A DNA stretch of 51,619 nucleotides from Candidatus Parcubacteria bacterium (GCA_041158765.1 JBEBAU010000015.1:1-51619), one strand, 5' to 3'; shown: positions 26,538 through 37,006, numbered from the stretch's first letter. The notes: a model not told the origin generated them from the sequence alone. Numbers and translations: made by a program.

Positions 26538-29102
26538 ATGACTTCTCATCGAAAACACGTCGTTCATCACAAAAAAAAGCATCGATCTTTCAAACATAAG
26601 GTTATTCATGCATCGGTAACAAGTGTTCTTTCTATTTGTCTTATTGCTGGTGGTTTTGGTTTGCTTTGGATTTCTACACTCCAAACACCTGATTTGAGTG
26701 TATTTGAAACAAGAAAAGTCGCTCAATCAACAAAAATCTACGACAGAACGGGTCAAATACTCCTCTATGATATACATGAGGATCAAAAAAGAACCGTAGT
26801 TCCCTTTGACCACATTTCTTCTTTCATAAAGAGTGCGACGATTGCCATAGAGGATGTGCGTTTTTATCAGCATTTTGGTATTGAGCCACTCTCTATTTTG
26901 CGAGCTGTTATTGCTGACATTACTCCTGGTGGTCTCAAACAAGGTGGATCAACTCTCACTCAACAAGTTATAAAGAACGCTGTTCTTACAAAAGACCGAA
27001 CAATTACAAGGAAGTTGAAGGAGTGGGTTCTTGCAATGAAGCTCGAGCGTGTCCTTACAAAAGACCAAATTCTTTCAACATATCTCAATGAAACACCGTA
27101 CGGAGGAAATATCTATGGTGTAGAAGAGGCAAGCAAAACATTCTTTGGTAAATCATCTTCTGATCTTACACTCGCTGAATCAGCCTATATTGCAGCAATA
27201 CCACAGGCACCAACATTCTATTCTCCATATGGCAAAAACGTTTCGGCACTTGATGCACGCCAAAGACTCGTATTGAGGAAGATGCTTGAAAACAACATCA
27301 TTACAAAAGATCAATACGATAGTGCCCTCAAAGAAAAGGTTGTTTTTCTTGAAAAGAACACTTCGAATATCCGCGCTCCCCACTTCTCTCTCATGGTTCG
27401 AGACTACCTCATAAGCAAATATGGTGAGGATACGGTTTTCAACGGTGGACTTAAGGTTATTACCACACTCAATTACGATATGCAGCAAAAAGCTGAAAAG
27501 GTTATTTCGAATTTTGCTCCACAACTCGAAACATCTTTTGGGGCAAGCAATACCGCAATGGTTGCTCTCGATCCGAAGACTGGCGACCTTCTTGTGATGG
27601 TTGGCTCTCGTAATTACTATGACCGTGAAATACAGGGTAATTTCAACATTGCTACAGCGCTTCGCCAACCAGGTTCTGCTTTCAAACCATTCGTATATGC
27701 GACGGATTTTATGAAAGGATATACACCGGACACTATACTCTTTGATGTTCCGATGGAATTTTCAACTGAATGTACTGTTGATAGTAAACCCAAGAACCCT
27801 ACAGCAAGCACCTCAATCTGCTACAACCCAGAAAACTACGACGGCTTGTATGAAGGGCCTATAACTATTCGCCAAGCACTCGCACAATCAAGAAACCTCC
27901 CTGCAATCCAAGGTCTCTATCTCGCTGGCATCAATAGCTCGATTCAAACTGCAGAAAATATGGGTATTAACAGTCTTACTGATCCAAATCGCTACGGTTT
28001 AACTCTTGTTCTTGGAGGAGGTGAAGTTTCACTTCTCGAACTTACGAGTGCGTATGGTGTTTTTGCAAACGATGGAATACGAAATCCTCATCGAGATATT
28101 TTGAAAGTTCAAGATGCGAATGGAAATATTCTTGAAGAAGCTCAAGCCTCCCCTATTCAAGCAATTCCTGCTCAGACTGCACGCCAAATCTCTGACATAC
28201 TTTCTGATCAAAAGGTCATGCTCGAAAGCTTGAGCCAAATTTCAAAACCTTGGGGACGACAAGTGGCAATAAAAACTGGTACCACAAATGATTATCGTGA
28301 TGTGTGGATCGAAGGATATACACCAAGTATCGTAGTTGGCGCTTGGGCAGGCAAAAACGACAATACACCTATGCAAAAAAAGGTGGCAGGTCTCGTTATT
28401 GCTCCGGTTTGGGGAGCGTTTATGGCTGAAATTATCGATTCACTTCCTGATGCGAATTCAGATCGTTTCAAAACACCAGAACCAACACCAATGGACACCA
28501 AACCAGTCTTGCACGGTGTGTGGAAAGGTGGCATCTCATACTTCAGAGATAGTATTTCAGGAAAACTTGCTACAGACTTCACTCCTCCAGAACTCAAACA
28601 GGAAACTCTCTTCAATGGTGTTCATTCTATTCTTCACTGGGTAGATAAGAATGATCCACTAGGCCCAATACCTACAAACCCTCAAAATGATTCACAATAC
28701 GAATATTGGGAACACGGTGTTCGTGCTTGGTTTGATGAGTGGCGCAAAAAGAATCCGGATTTCATTGAAGCAACAACGTTCACTATTCCAACTGAGACTG
28801 ACGATGTTCATATTCCTGCTAATTTTCCAAAAGTCTCTCTAGTCTCCCCTACTAACAATGCAGTTCTGTCACCATCATCTCGTATTGAAATAACCTTTAT
28901 TCAATCAGGAAAATTTCCAACAAAAAAAGTTGAATTGTATGTGAATGATCGCTATATCATTTCAAGTGAACAAGCTCCATTCACTATTGGCTTCACACCA
29001 TCTGATGTACCAAACATCCAAACAACCAATACAATACGTCTTGTAATATATGATTCTGTTTTGAATCGTGGTGAAGCAACTGCGACCTTCTCAGTACGTT
29101 AA
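26538..29102 (+). CDS. Class A penicillin-binding protein (PBP1A family) with C-terminal Ig-like domain
   Basis: EDVRFYQH, GGSTLTQQ, RKLKE, SAFK, SRN, KTGT. Confidence 0.93.
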   Translation: MTSHRKHVVHHKKKHRSFKHKVIHASVTSVLSICLIAGGFGLLWISTLQTPDLSVFETRKVAQSTKIYDRTGQILLYDIHEDQKRTVVPFDHISSFIKSATIAIEDVRFYQHFGIEPLSILRAVIADITPGGLKQGGSTLTQQVIKNAVLTKDRTITRKLKEWVLAMKLERVLTKDQILSTYLNETPYGGNIYGVEEASKTFFGKSSSDLTLAESAYIAAIPQAPTFYSPYGKNVSALDARQRLVLRKMLENNIITKDQYDSALKEKVVFLEKNTSNIRAPHFSLMVRDYLISKYGEDTVFNGGLKVITTLNYDMQQKAEKVISNFAPQLETSFGASNTAMVALDPKTGDLLVMVGSRNYYDREIQGNFNIATALRQPGSAFKPFVYATDFMKGYTPDTILFDVPMEFSTECTVDSKPKNPTASTSICYNPENYDGLYEGPITIRQALAQSRNLPAIQGLYLAGINSSIQTAENMGINSLTDPNRYGLTLVLGGGEVSLLELTSAYGVFANDGIRNPHRDILKVQDANGNILEEAQASPIQAIPAQTARQISDILSDQKVMLESLSQISKPWGRQVAIKTGTTNDYRDVWIEGYTPSIVVGAWAGKNDNTPMQKKVAGLVIAPVWGAFMAEIIDSLPDANSDRFKTPEPTPMDTKPVLHGVWKGGISYFRDSISGKLATDFTPPELKQETLFNGVHSILHWVDKNDPLGPIPTNPQNDSQYEYWEHGVRAWFDEWRKKNPDFIEATTFTIPTETDDVHIPANFPKVSLVSPTNNAVLSPSSRIEITFIQSGKFPTKKVELYVNDRYIISSEQAPFTIGFTPSDVPNIQTTNTIRLVIYDSVLNRGEATATFSVR

Positions 29103-29113
29103 TAGATAGTGTA

Positions 29114-29371
29114 TTAGCAAATATCTTCGATAATTCGTGGCGCCATATTCTTCTTGATGAGGGCTAGAATTGCTGTCTTTTTCATAAAAATCTCGTTTTT
29201 TTCAATTGGTGAAATTGAAAGTGCTATTTTTTTGTGGATAAAAGAGATTTTTTGTGGAGGAATATCAATTCCAGAGCATATTTTGATAGCATCTATCACA
29301 ATAGAACGTTGACGCATATCTTCAAGCTCAACACTTTTGAATTTCTGAAGAAAATTAGAAATATTAAACAT
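29114..29371 (-). CDS. Small protein, possibly DciA/DUF721-like helicase loader
   Basis: Directly downstream of dnaN; pattern S...KNEIFMKKTAIL..I....I.DI. Confidence 0.5.
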   Translation of the reverse strand: MFNISNFLQKFKSVELEDMRQRSIVIDAIKICSGIDIPPQKISFIHKKIALSISPIEKNEIFMKKTAILALIKKNMAPRIIEDIC

Positions 29372-29395
29372 AGTAGACGAGGTCTTTAATGGGCT

Positions 29396-30499
29396 TTAGC
29401 GGTTCATTGGCATTACGAGATAGGTAAATGACTTATCTGTTGCTGGATGAATGACCAAAGGGCGATTAAGGCCATTAAAGAGGAGTGTAACACTGTCCGA
29501 ATCAATTGATTGGAAACAATCTGTGATGTATTTGTAATTGAAGTTGATTGATATTGCCTCCCCTTCTACTGTCGCATCTATTTGATGATTATTCTCTCCG
29601 ATATCTGCATTTTTTGTTTTCAATTCAAATATATGTGCTTTTGGATCAATACTCATAGTTACTTGATTGAATTTATCAGAAAAAATATGTGACATTTTCA
29701 AACCATCAATAAGGTCTTGTTTCAAAACAACAACCTCAGTAGTGCTCTGTTTTGGAATTATCTGTTTGTAGTCAGGGAAAACACCGTCGATAACACGAGA
29801 TACGAGATATATACCCTTATAAGCGAATGAAATCTGATTTTTGTTGAGATTAACGGCAATTGAGTCTTTTATATTCTCAAAAATACGTATAATTTCAGGG
29901 ATATTTTTGAAAGGAATGAGAATCTGGCCAAAATCACCACTGTGCTTTATTTGAATACGTTTTTCTGCAAGACGGAATGAGTCTGTAGCAGCAAAAACCA
30001 CATAGGTATCATCACTATAGATATATACACTTGAAAGTTCTGGTTTTATTCCTGAAACAGATGAGCTATACCATACGGATTTCAATCCTTTTACAAAATC
30101 ACTTCCATTAACAGTGAAGGATACATCCTCTGATACTCTTGGAATGCTTGGAAAATCTTCGTTAGGCATTGTTTTGATCGTTCCTCGACTATGTGATGCT
30201 TCAACAACAATATTCGCGTCTTTGGTTGCTATCTTAATACTTTTGTCTGAACTAGGTATTCCTGAAACAAAAGCTGAGAGAGTATTCGCTGGTATAGCAA
30301 CAACTCCATCACCTTCAACTTTTGCGGGAATAGTTATTTCGATACCAAGATCGAGATTTGTTGCTTTCACAACCACCTCTGAGTCTTTTGCTTCAATAAG
30401 AAGACATGAAAGAACCGGAAGTGTTACATGCTTCCCCGCTATGCGACCTGCGATAGTCACCGCTTCAACCAATTTTTCTTGAATACATTCTATCTTCAT
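29396..30499 (-). CDS. dnaN: DNA polymerase III beta clamp
   Basis: ATNLDLGI, ATDSFRLAE, GVFPDYKQIIP, YLVMPM. Confidence 0.97.
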   Translation of the reverse strand: MKIECIQEKLVEAVTIAGRIAGKHVTLPVLSCLLIEAKDSEVVVKATNLDLGIEITIPAKVEGDGVVAIPANTLSAFVSGIPSSDKSIKIATKDANIVVEASHSRGTIKTMPNEDFPSIPRVSEDVSFTVNGSDFVKGLKSVWYSSSVSGIKPELSSVYIYSDDTYVVFAATDSFRLAEKRIQIKHSGDFGQILIPFKNIPEIIRIFENIKDSIAVNLNKNQISFAYKGIYLVSRVIDGVFPDYKQIIPKQSTTEVVVLKQDLIDGLKMSHIFSDKFNQVTMSIDPKAHIFELKTKNADIGENNHQIDATVEGEAISINFNYKYITDCFQSIDSDSVTLLFNGLNRPLVIHPATDKSFTYLVMPMNR

Positions 30500-30505
30500 A
30501 GGGTT

Positions 30506-30755
30506 CTTTTTATCTATTAAATACTTATTAATACTATTAGTGCTGTGAATATGGGGATAAGCTATTTTGAGAGCTCTATAGAGCGGTACATCACAAACGG
30601 TATCTTGTGGATAATTTTTTACAACTTCTAATAACTTTTGCTGATATTGAAGTTGTTAAATCCTATCCACATTCTACGCAATCTTTTCCACAATTTCATC
30701 AACAATGTATCAACAAGTTATACACAAAGTTACACACAGGTTATCAACAAAAACA
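30506..30755. promoter_or_regulatory. oriC: Replication origin oriC (dnaA-dnaN intergenic)
   Basis: DnaA boxes at 30606-14 (perfect), 30552-60, 30663-71, 30684-92, 30718-26, 30741-49; AT-rich region with DnaA-trio-like repeats at 30526-40. Confidence 0.88.
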
Positions 30756-30760
30756 AAGAA

Positions 30761-32107
30761 CTATAACATTGCCCGAATCTGTGAAATTTCTTCACTCAAA
30801 ACAGGGTTTGTTTTGAGATCCTCTTTTATTTTTTCACATGAATGGATAACGGTTGTATGATCTCTTCCACCCATCTTCTCCCCTATCGAAGGGAAAGAGA
30901 CGTTGAAATCCTCACGAAGAATATACATGATGACCTGTCGAGGTTTCACCACCTCTTTCTTTCTTGTTTTGTTATAGACACTTTCTTCATCAACATTATA
31001 GAAATCAGTAATGAGTTTGATAACATCCTTCACTGCGACAGCCTTTTTTGGTTTCGTATTGTTCTTTATGAGGTCTTTTATTTGTGAAAGACTCAATTCC
31101 TTACCTTTGAGTTGAGTTTGACATACAACAGCATTAACAACACCCTCAATTTCTCGAATATTTCCCTCTATATTTGCTGCGAGGAAATTAACTACATCAC
31201 TACTCAAAATAATGTTGTTTTGAGCCGCTTTTGCGGTCACTATTGCCATTCTTGATTCATGATCAGGTGTAGGAATATCGATAATCATGCCTGCGCTGAA
31301 ACGAGACTTGAGACGGTCTTCTAGATTTGGAATGAAATTCGGGTGCTTATCAGAAGAAAAGACGAGCTGACGGTTTGATTCATGAAACGTATTGAAGAGA
31401 TGGAAGAGTTCTTCCTGAAACTTCTCTTTACTTGAGAAGAATTGAATATCGTCCATGATGATGACGTCATACTTTCGATACTTTTCTTTGAACTGCTGAG
31501 CTTTGTTTGTTTGGAGTGCGTTGAAATATTCAGTACCGAATCGTTCTGATGTGAGATAGAAGACCTTTTTTTCAGGATGTTCCTTCTTGATATGATTACC
31601 TATTGCCTGCATGAGGTGTGTCTTGCCGTGTCCTGTACCTCCGTAGATAAAAAGAGGGTTATAAGCCTGTCCAGGAGTCTTCACGACGGTTTTGGAAGCG
31701 GCATGAGCGAGTTCGTTGAATGGTCCAACGATAAAATTATCGAATATATAACGAGGGTTGAGATTATCCTCTTTGTTCACATAGAAATCCTGAAGCGGAA
31801 TAGATATTGTAGGGTTCGGTTGAGCCTTCTTTTTGTCATCTACCTTCCTTTTGTCCCCTTCTTTCAATATCACATACTCCAAAGCTCGAATACTTGGATT
31901 CATCTGTCGAAGTGTACGGAGTATTGTGTCGTGGAACTTTTTTAGAAGCCAATCTTTTGCAAAAAGTCCTGGTACCCCGAGTGATATGACCCCATCCTCC
32001 TCTTTTATTATGTATGTTCCGTTAAACCATGTAGAAAAGTTTGGTTTTGAAACAGCCAATTCAATATCGATTAGTGCAGCTTCCCAAAGTTTATTGAAAT
32101 CATTCAT
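30761..32107 (-). CDS. dnaA: Chromosomal replication initiator DnaA
   Basis: LNPRYIFDNF, YNPLFIYGGTGHGKTHL, DDIQF, RLKSRF, GGRDHTTVIHS. Confidence 0.98.
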   Translation of the reverse strand: MNDFNKLWEAALIDIELAVSKPNFSTWFNGTYIIKEEDGVISLGVPGLFAKDWLLKKFHDTILRTLRQMNPSIRALEYVILKEGDKRKVDDKKKAQPNPTISIPLQDFYVNKEDNLNPRYIFDNFIVGPFNELAHAASKTVVKTPGQAYNPLFIYGGTGHGKTHLMQAIGNHIKKEHPEKKVFYLTSERFGTEYFNALQTNKAQQFKEKYRKYDVIIMDDIQFFSSKEKFQEELFHLFNTFHESNRQLVFSSDKHPNFIPNLEDRLKSRFSAGMIIDIPTPDHESRMAIVTAKAAQNNIILSSDVVNFLAANIEGNIREIEGVVNAVVCQTQLKGKELSLSQIKDLIKNNTKPKKAVAVKDVIKLITDFYNVDEESVYNKTRKKEVVKPRQVIMYILREDFNVSFPSIGEKMGGRDHTTVIHSCEKIKEDLKTNPVLSEEISQIRAML

Positions 32108-32139
32108 AGGGTATAGCAAGTAAAACGTAGTTACTAGTA

Positions 32140-32215
32140 TATACTTGTTTATAAATTAGCAAACTTGTGGAGAGTAATTAAATATGTTGATAAGTTGTTG
32201 ATTGCTGTGGATATG
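32140..32215. promoter_or_regulatory. Degenerate DnaA-box cluster upstream of dnaA
   Basis: TGTTTATAA 32146, TGTTGATAA 32185, TGTGGATAT 32206. Confidence 0.6.
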
Positions 32216-32262
32216 TGCAACAACTTGAGATTTTTCTCTTGCTGGTATATAGTGTGTGGACT

Positions 32263-32397
32263 ATGTCATTCACATACCAACCAAAGAAGCGCAAGAGAGC
32301 GAAGACTCACGGCTTTCGTGTACGCCAGAAGACAACTGATGGACGTAATGTTATCAAGCGTCGTCGAGCAAAGGGTCGCAAGAAGATCGCTGTTTAG
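32263..32397 (+). CDS. rpmH: 50S ribosomal protein L34
   Basis: [18 protein letters not shown]...RRRAKGRK. Confidence 0.97.
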   Translation: MSFTYQPKKRKRAKTHGFRVRQKTTDGRNVIKRRRAKGRKKIAV

Positions 32398-32421
32398 TTA
32401 GTTTTCTTTATACAAAATATC

Positions 32422-32775
32422 ATGCTTCCTCGCTCACAACGGCTAACTAAAGCCATATTTGATGAGGTTTTCATGAAAGGGCGGCTAGTCCATTCACGTT
32501 TTTTCATCATAAAAGTGGTGAAAGTGGATGAGAAAAGCCGCTTTGCCGTTTCTGCACCCAAAAAGGTCGCAAAAAGTGCGGTAGATCGCAATAAGATACA
32601 GCGACGAACCTATAGTGCAATCAGAGAGATTTTCTTTTCAAAAAAAGCACAAAAGGAAGCTCAAAAGAATATACAAGCTGTTTTCATTGCAAAAAACCCC
32701 GTACTAACAGCAACCCTCCCCCAAATTACCGAGGATATACGGACTGCTTTTGTGAAAATAGGTATTTTGGAGTAG
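32422..32775 (+). CDS. rnpA: Ribonuclease P protein component
   Basis: MLPRSQRL, RFAVSAPKKVAKSAVDRNKIQRR; synteny with rpmH and yidC. Confidence 0.9.
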   Translation: MLPRSQRLTKAIFDEVFMKGRLVHSRFFIIKVVKVDEKSRFAVSAPKKVAKSAVDRNKIQRRTYSAIREIFFSKKAQKEAQKNIQAVFIAKNPVLTATLPQITEDIRTAFVKIGILE

Positions 32776-32785
32776 AATACAGCAC

Positions 32786-33523
32786 ATGTTTGATACATTA
32801 TTTTTCTTCCCCCTCTACAATGGCCTCATGGCTCTTTTTGATATAGCGCCATGGCTCGATGCTGGTGTCGCTGTTATCATTTTCACCATAATTATTAAGC
32901 TCATCCTCTTCCCTCTTTCAAAAAAGGCTATTACTACACAGGTTCGAATGAAAGAGCTTGAACCAGAAATCAATAAGATAAAGGAGCAATATAAGAATGA
33001 CAAACAAAATCAGGGTTTGAAAACCATGGAATTGTACCGACAAAAAGGCGTAAACCCTTTTTCTAGTTTTGTTCAACTCCTCATTCAGCTACCAATTCTC
33101 TACGCTCTATATGTTGTATTCGTGCAATCAGGTCTTCCAGAGGTAAATCTTTTATATCTATACTCGTTTATCAGTGCACCAGTTATCAATATGCACTTCC
33201 TCGGACTCGTTGATATTAGCAAAGCAAGCATAACTCTCTCAGTTATTGCTGCAATTACCCAATATTTCCAACTCCACTACTCTCTTGCAAGCATGAAGAG
33301 ACCAGAAGCCTCAACTAATAAGTCTGCAACACCAAGTATGCCGGATTTCGCATATACCATGAACAAACAAATGAAATACATCTTCCCTGTCATGATTTTC
33401 TTCATCTCATACAAGATTTCAGCAGTAATCGCTGTGTATTGGGCAGTAAGTAATCTTTTCACTCTCGGACAAGAGCTCTATGTTCGAAATCGTCTCGCAA
33501 AGAAGGGTTCAGTTACTGCGTAA
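32786..33523 (+). CDS. yidC: YidC/Oxa1 membrane insertase (short form)
   Basis: IIIFTIIIKLILFPL, MELYRQKGVNP, LIQLPIL, YWAVSNLF. Confidence 0.92.
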   Translation: MFDTLFFFPLYNGLMALFDIAPWLDAGVAVIIFTIIIKLILFPLSKKAITTQVRMKELEPEINKIKEQYKNDKQNQGLKTMELYRQKGVNPFSSFVQLLIQLPILYALYVVFVQSGLPEVNLLYLYSFISAPVINMHFLGLVDISKASITLSVIAAITQYFQLHYSLASMKRPEASTNKSATPSMPDFAYTMNKQMKYIFPVMIFFISYKISAVIAVYWAVSNLFTLGQELYVRNRLAKKGSVTA

Positions 33524-34799
33524 GGTCGAATGACCAAAGGCTTAGGTCTCGCTTATCTATGAAATAGAGGAAATTTTCTTTTGGATCTAGAGTGAGGTGT
33601 GTCGCATCTATTTGTTTATTTGAAATAGTGTAGAGGTCAGCAAGCTGATGGACTTCCCCTGTTTCAGCATTGATATACCAGATTGCATCTGCAAAGCTTA
33701 CCTTGCCCTGATACCAAGCATCAGGATATCGAGCGTCATCTGGAGGAAATTGGCTTGGTACAGCGCAGTATAGGTCTTCGGTGTGTACATTACCCCAAAC
33801 ACACTTCTCAGGAAGAGTTGCAAACACAAGATCTTGTGTTGTGCCTGTTTTAATATCATATATTGAACTACGTAGGCCTTGTGCGACAGTTCGGCTATAA
33901 AGAACCTTTGTTCCCGAACGATTCACACTGGTTGAAAGTCCAGCGAATCCACCAAGAACTTTTTTCATTGAAGCCTTCTTGATATCAAATAAGTAGAGGA
34001 AACCAGGACCAGATGCGGTGCCTTTTGTGGTGAGAGCAATAGTATTTTCTTCTGGCCACTCAACATTCATTTGTGTTGCAGGTATATCAAACAACTTCAA
34101 ACGAACCTTTTCATCAAGTGATGCTGCATACCCTACCCCAAGACCATTTTCATTTGAAAATTCAAATATCTTATCTCGCTTAGGATTAATAGCAATTTCG
34201 GTAATGTTTGGTGAAAGCATTTTGCCGCGAAGCTCATATGGTGTTGTGCTCAATGTTGGTGTGCTTGTTGCTGTACTTGAGGCTGTGGCAACATTTGTTG
34301 AACGAAGCTCGGTATAGAAGGTTGTGATTGCATCACTATCAGATTTCATATATTGAATTACAAAAGCTGTAGCATTTTTGTTCCAAAGGCTTTCATATAC
34401 ACGATTAATTGTTGTATTTGAAAGGATTCGAATGTCTTCTGTAAGTGAATTAGCTTCATATACTCGGCCTGTACCACGGTCTATGAAACGAAGGACAGTA
34501 GAACTTGCAGTGGTGCTCGCCACCATTCCCCCAACTGGTGTTGTGTATATATGTCGAAGTGTTGGAACCTTAATAACAACTGGTGTTGTTGTGCTATTGC
34601 CTGTACCGTTACCACCCTTACCAGAACCCTGTCCCGCTGGCACACCACCACTATTCAAAGGAAAAAACCCTGTTGTGGTCGCAGTGTTCCCTGCTCCTAT
34701 ACCCGGTGTCACGGTTTGTCGTACAAACATGAAGTACCAAATCACCCCCACAATTGCGAGAGCTATGAGTATGATAATTGTGAGAGATTTTTTTGACAT
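33513..34799 (-). CDS. Membrane-anchored exported protein, probable beta-propeller
   Basis: N-terminal TM, G/T-rich linker, repeated beta-strand units, TLPEKCVW...LYCAVP...YPDAWYQG. Confidence 0.65.
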   Translation of the reverse strand: MSKKSLTIIILIALAIVGVIWYFMFVRQTVTPGIGAGNTATTTGFFPLNSGGVPAGQGSGKGGNGTGNSTTTPVVIKVPTLRHIYTTPVGGMVASTTASSTVLRFIDRGTGRVYEANSLTEDIRILSNTTINRVYESLWNKNATAFVIQYMKSDSDAITTFYTELRSTNVATASSTATSTPTLSTTPYELRGKMLSPNITEIAINPKRDKIFEFSNENGLGVGYAASLDEKVRLKLFDIPATQMNVEWPEENTIALTTKGTASGPGFLYLFDIKKASMKKVLGGFAGLSTSVNRSGTKVLYSRTVAQGLRSSIYDIKTGTTQDLVFATLPEKCVWGNVHTEDLYCAVPSQFPPDDARYPDAWYQGKVSFADAIWYINAETGEVHQLADLYTISNKQIDATHLTLDPKENFLYFIDKRDLSLWSFDLTQ

Positions 34800-34800
34800 A

Positions 34801-35943
34801 TTATTTGTCGCCAACAATTGCGCGTATTTGATTATTAATCAAGACCTGATTTCTGAGATAAACCTGTTCGTTTTTTGGATCCTTGAGAATTTTTTCCTTT
34901 GTTATTATTTCAAAATCTCTCATAGAATCTGCTGCAACAGTTGAATTGTCATTTTTTCCAACTGAATTCAACTGGCGCAAGGTATTGTCTCTAAGAAACT
35001 TCAAACTTTCTACCTCAAGGTTTTTTTCAACACCTACAGTATCCTCATAGAGTTGCTTGTTTGATTGGTCCTTTAGTTGATCAAGCCCAGCGGCGTAAGA
35101 ATCCTCAGCATACTTTATGGCATTATTAATTTCTGCAGTCGCTACTTCTTTGCCAGCGGCATTCCATGTGTTTTGTGGCGCCAAGGCAATATAATAGTGT
35201 GTACGTGTAGATTCTTTGAAAGCGGTAATGGTTGCTTTATCATCCTGCAAATCTGCCTGTTTGAGGAGTCGTATATATTCAGCACACTGAGCAGCACTTT
35301 CCTCTGACGCTGCGGCACCACCAGCAGAACATCCGTATGTTGTATTTAGAGTTTCTGCCTGATTTCTTGTTGATGCAGCTGCCACACGATATGCTTCTGC
35401 TTCTGAGAGAGCTTTTGCGGCATCAATATCTGCGCGGTGCATTAATTCGTTGATGTTATTTATACTTGAACCCAAATCAACCGGTTCAAGATTTTTTACA
35501 TTAATAGCTGGTACAGCAGCATTAATCTGTACAAGGCGCGGGTCAATGGTGTAGAGGATGAGATACGAAGCAAGAGCAGCAACAACACCAAGGACTGAGT
35601 TCCACATTCGCTGCTTAGCATCAGACTTGCTTCCAACAGCCTCACTCGTCATGTATTCGAAGGCTCCGTAGGTGAACATGAAAATTGCGAGGAATATCGC
35701 AAGAGCAATCATAAGTCGGAACATATAGTTAATGTACTGACTGATCTCAATTTTTTGGATAGTTTCACCTTTCACACATTTTGATCCCTCCCCCTCTATA
35801 CACGGAAGCGGTTCGAGAAGTGTATATTCTTTTGCTATTGGTGTATCAGCTGCATATACAGGAGTTATTGTATTGATTGTTGCCCCAGCAAAAAGTCCGA
35901 TACCAAGTGTTACCAAAATAATTGTTGAATAGAATTTTTTCAT
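34801..35943 (-). CDS. VirB2/TrbC-like (T4SS) pilin domain fused to a long helical C-terminus
   Basis: Signal peptide, YTLLEPLP, two TM helices with GAFEYMTS..AKQRMWNSVLG..SYLILYTIDP. Confidence 0.7.
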   Translation of the reverse strand: MKKFYSTIILVTLGIGLFAGATINTITPVYAADTPIAKEYTLLEPLPCIEGEGSKCVKGETIQKIEISQYINYMFRLMIALAIFLAIFMFTYGAFEYMTSEAVGSKSDAKQRMWNSVLGVVAALASYLILYTIDPRLVQINAAVPAINVKNLEPVDLGSSINNINELMHRADIDAAKALSEAEAYRVAAASTRNQAETLNTTYGCSAGGAAASEESAAQCAEYIRLLKQADLQDDKATITAFKESTRTHYYIALAPQNTWNAAGKEVATAEINNAIKYAEDSYAAGLDQLKDQSNKQLYEDTVGVEKNLEVESLKFLRDNTLRQLNSVGKNDNSTVAADSMRDFEIITKEKILKDPKNEQVYLRNQVLINNQIRAIVGDK

Positions 35944-35946
35944 ATG

Positions 35947-36987
35947 TTATTGAAATAATTGGCTCGGGCTAATTTCTCCAGCATTCTCAGTATTGAAAAA
36001 GAGGTTGAAATCATTATCTGCACTCTGTAAAATATGTCGCTCATTTCTAATACGCAAAGCAACACTACTGTTACCGCTTATTCCATTCTTAACACGGAGC
36101 AAAATCTCTCGTTTATTATCAAGATCACTACGGTCTTCCCCGTTGATGCTCCATGAGTATCGCATAGCCTTGGTATCTCCAGTGCTGAAACCAAACGGTG
36201 CAGCAAGCACAGTCACCTCGTTTTTTAACAATTGTAATCTACTGCCAACTGCTGTGTTCACGAGTGCTCCATAGAGTGGATCTTCAGGATAAAAAAGGAC
36301 AAAAGGTTTCGACATATCGAGAGTTATTCTTGATGAACCCTGATACTTACCATCTGCAGAGCTCACCTGCACCTTGATGGTGTACGGTCGTGGTATTGAA
36401 TCATTGGGAACAACCAGAGTTTGTTTGCCATATCCAGAGAGATCACCAAGAACAAGGGATGACTTTTCCCATGTATACAAAAGTGTCTTTGGATCAATTT
36501 CAACACCTTTTGCATCAAGAAAATGCGGCATTGCTATAATTCGAATTGCATTTTCATACATCCCTGTAATCTTGCCTCGATAAAATGGTGGAACATATCC
36601 ATCGGTTTCCCACAATAGATCAACATCACTTGGCGCTATTGTTGTCTTTTTTTCAACAACTCTTCCCTCAATAGTCTTTATTACCACGGTGATATCCACT
36701 GTCTTGCCGTTTTGTGGTGCTGTCGTTGTGAATGTTGTTTCACCCTTACCCTTCTTGGCGATTTTGCCATTGGTATACCACACAATATCTGCCCCAGATA
36801 GATTGGTAATATAACTCACGAGTTGTATTGCAACCGGAGCGTTTGGAACCGGTGTTTCAGGATTAATTGAAAGCGTTATCCCATCAATTGAAGTCGCCGT
36901 AGGAAGCTGTTGAGCTTGTCCACTCAGAGGAATAGACAAAAACAGCAAAAATACAAGTATGAAAACAGTATTCTTCAATAAATTCAT
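35947..36987 (-). CDS. Exported protein with Ig-like repeats
   Basis: Signal peptide, W..NG motifs, LLWETDGYVPPFYRGK; start reset to MNLLKN. Confidence 0.65.
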   Translation of the reverse strand: MNLLKNTVFILVFLLFLSIPLSGQAQQLPTATSIDGITLSINPETPVPNAPVAIQLVSYITNLSGADIVWYTNGKIAKKGKGETTFTTTAPQNGKTVDITVVIKTIEGRVVEKKTTIAPSDVDLLWETDGYVPPFYRGKITGMYENAIRIIAMPHFLDAKGVEIDPKTLLYTWEKSSLVLGDLSGYGKQTLVVPNDSIPRPYTIKVQVSSADGKYQGSSRITLDMSKPFVLFYPEDPLYGALVNTAVGSRLQLLKNEVTVLAAPFGFSTGDTKAMRYSWSINGEDRSDLDNKREILLRVKNGISGNSSVALRIRNERHILQSADNDFNLFFNTENAGEISPSQLFQ

Positions 36988-37006
36988 TGTATATATTCTA
37001 CCACAC

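Noticed and set aside
30660-30760. Short repeated CACA/CAACA units suggesting a CRISPR or tandem array
   Set aside because: These are DnaA boxes; there is no repeat-spacer periodicity and no cas genes in the window
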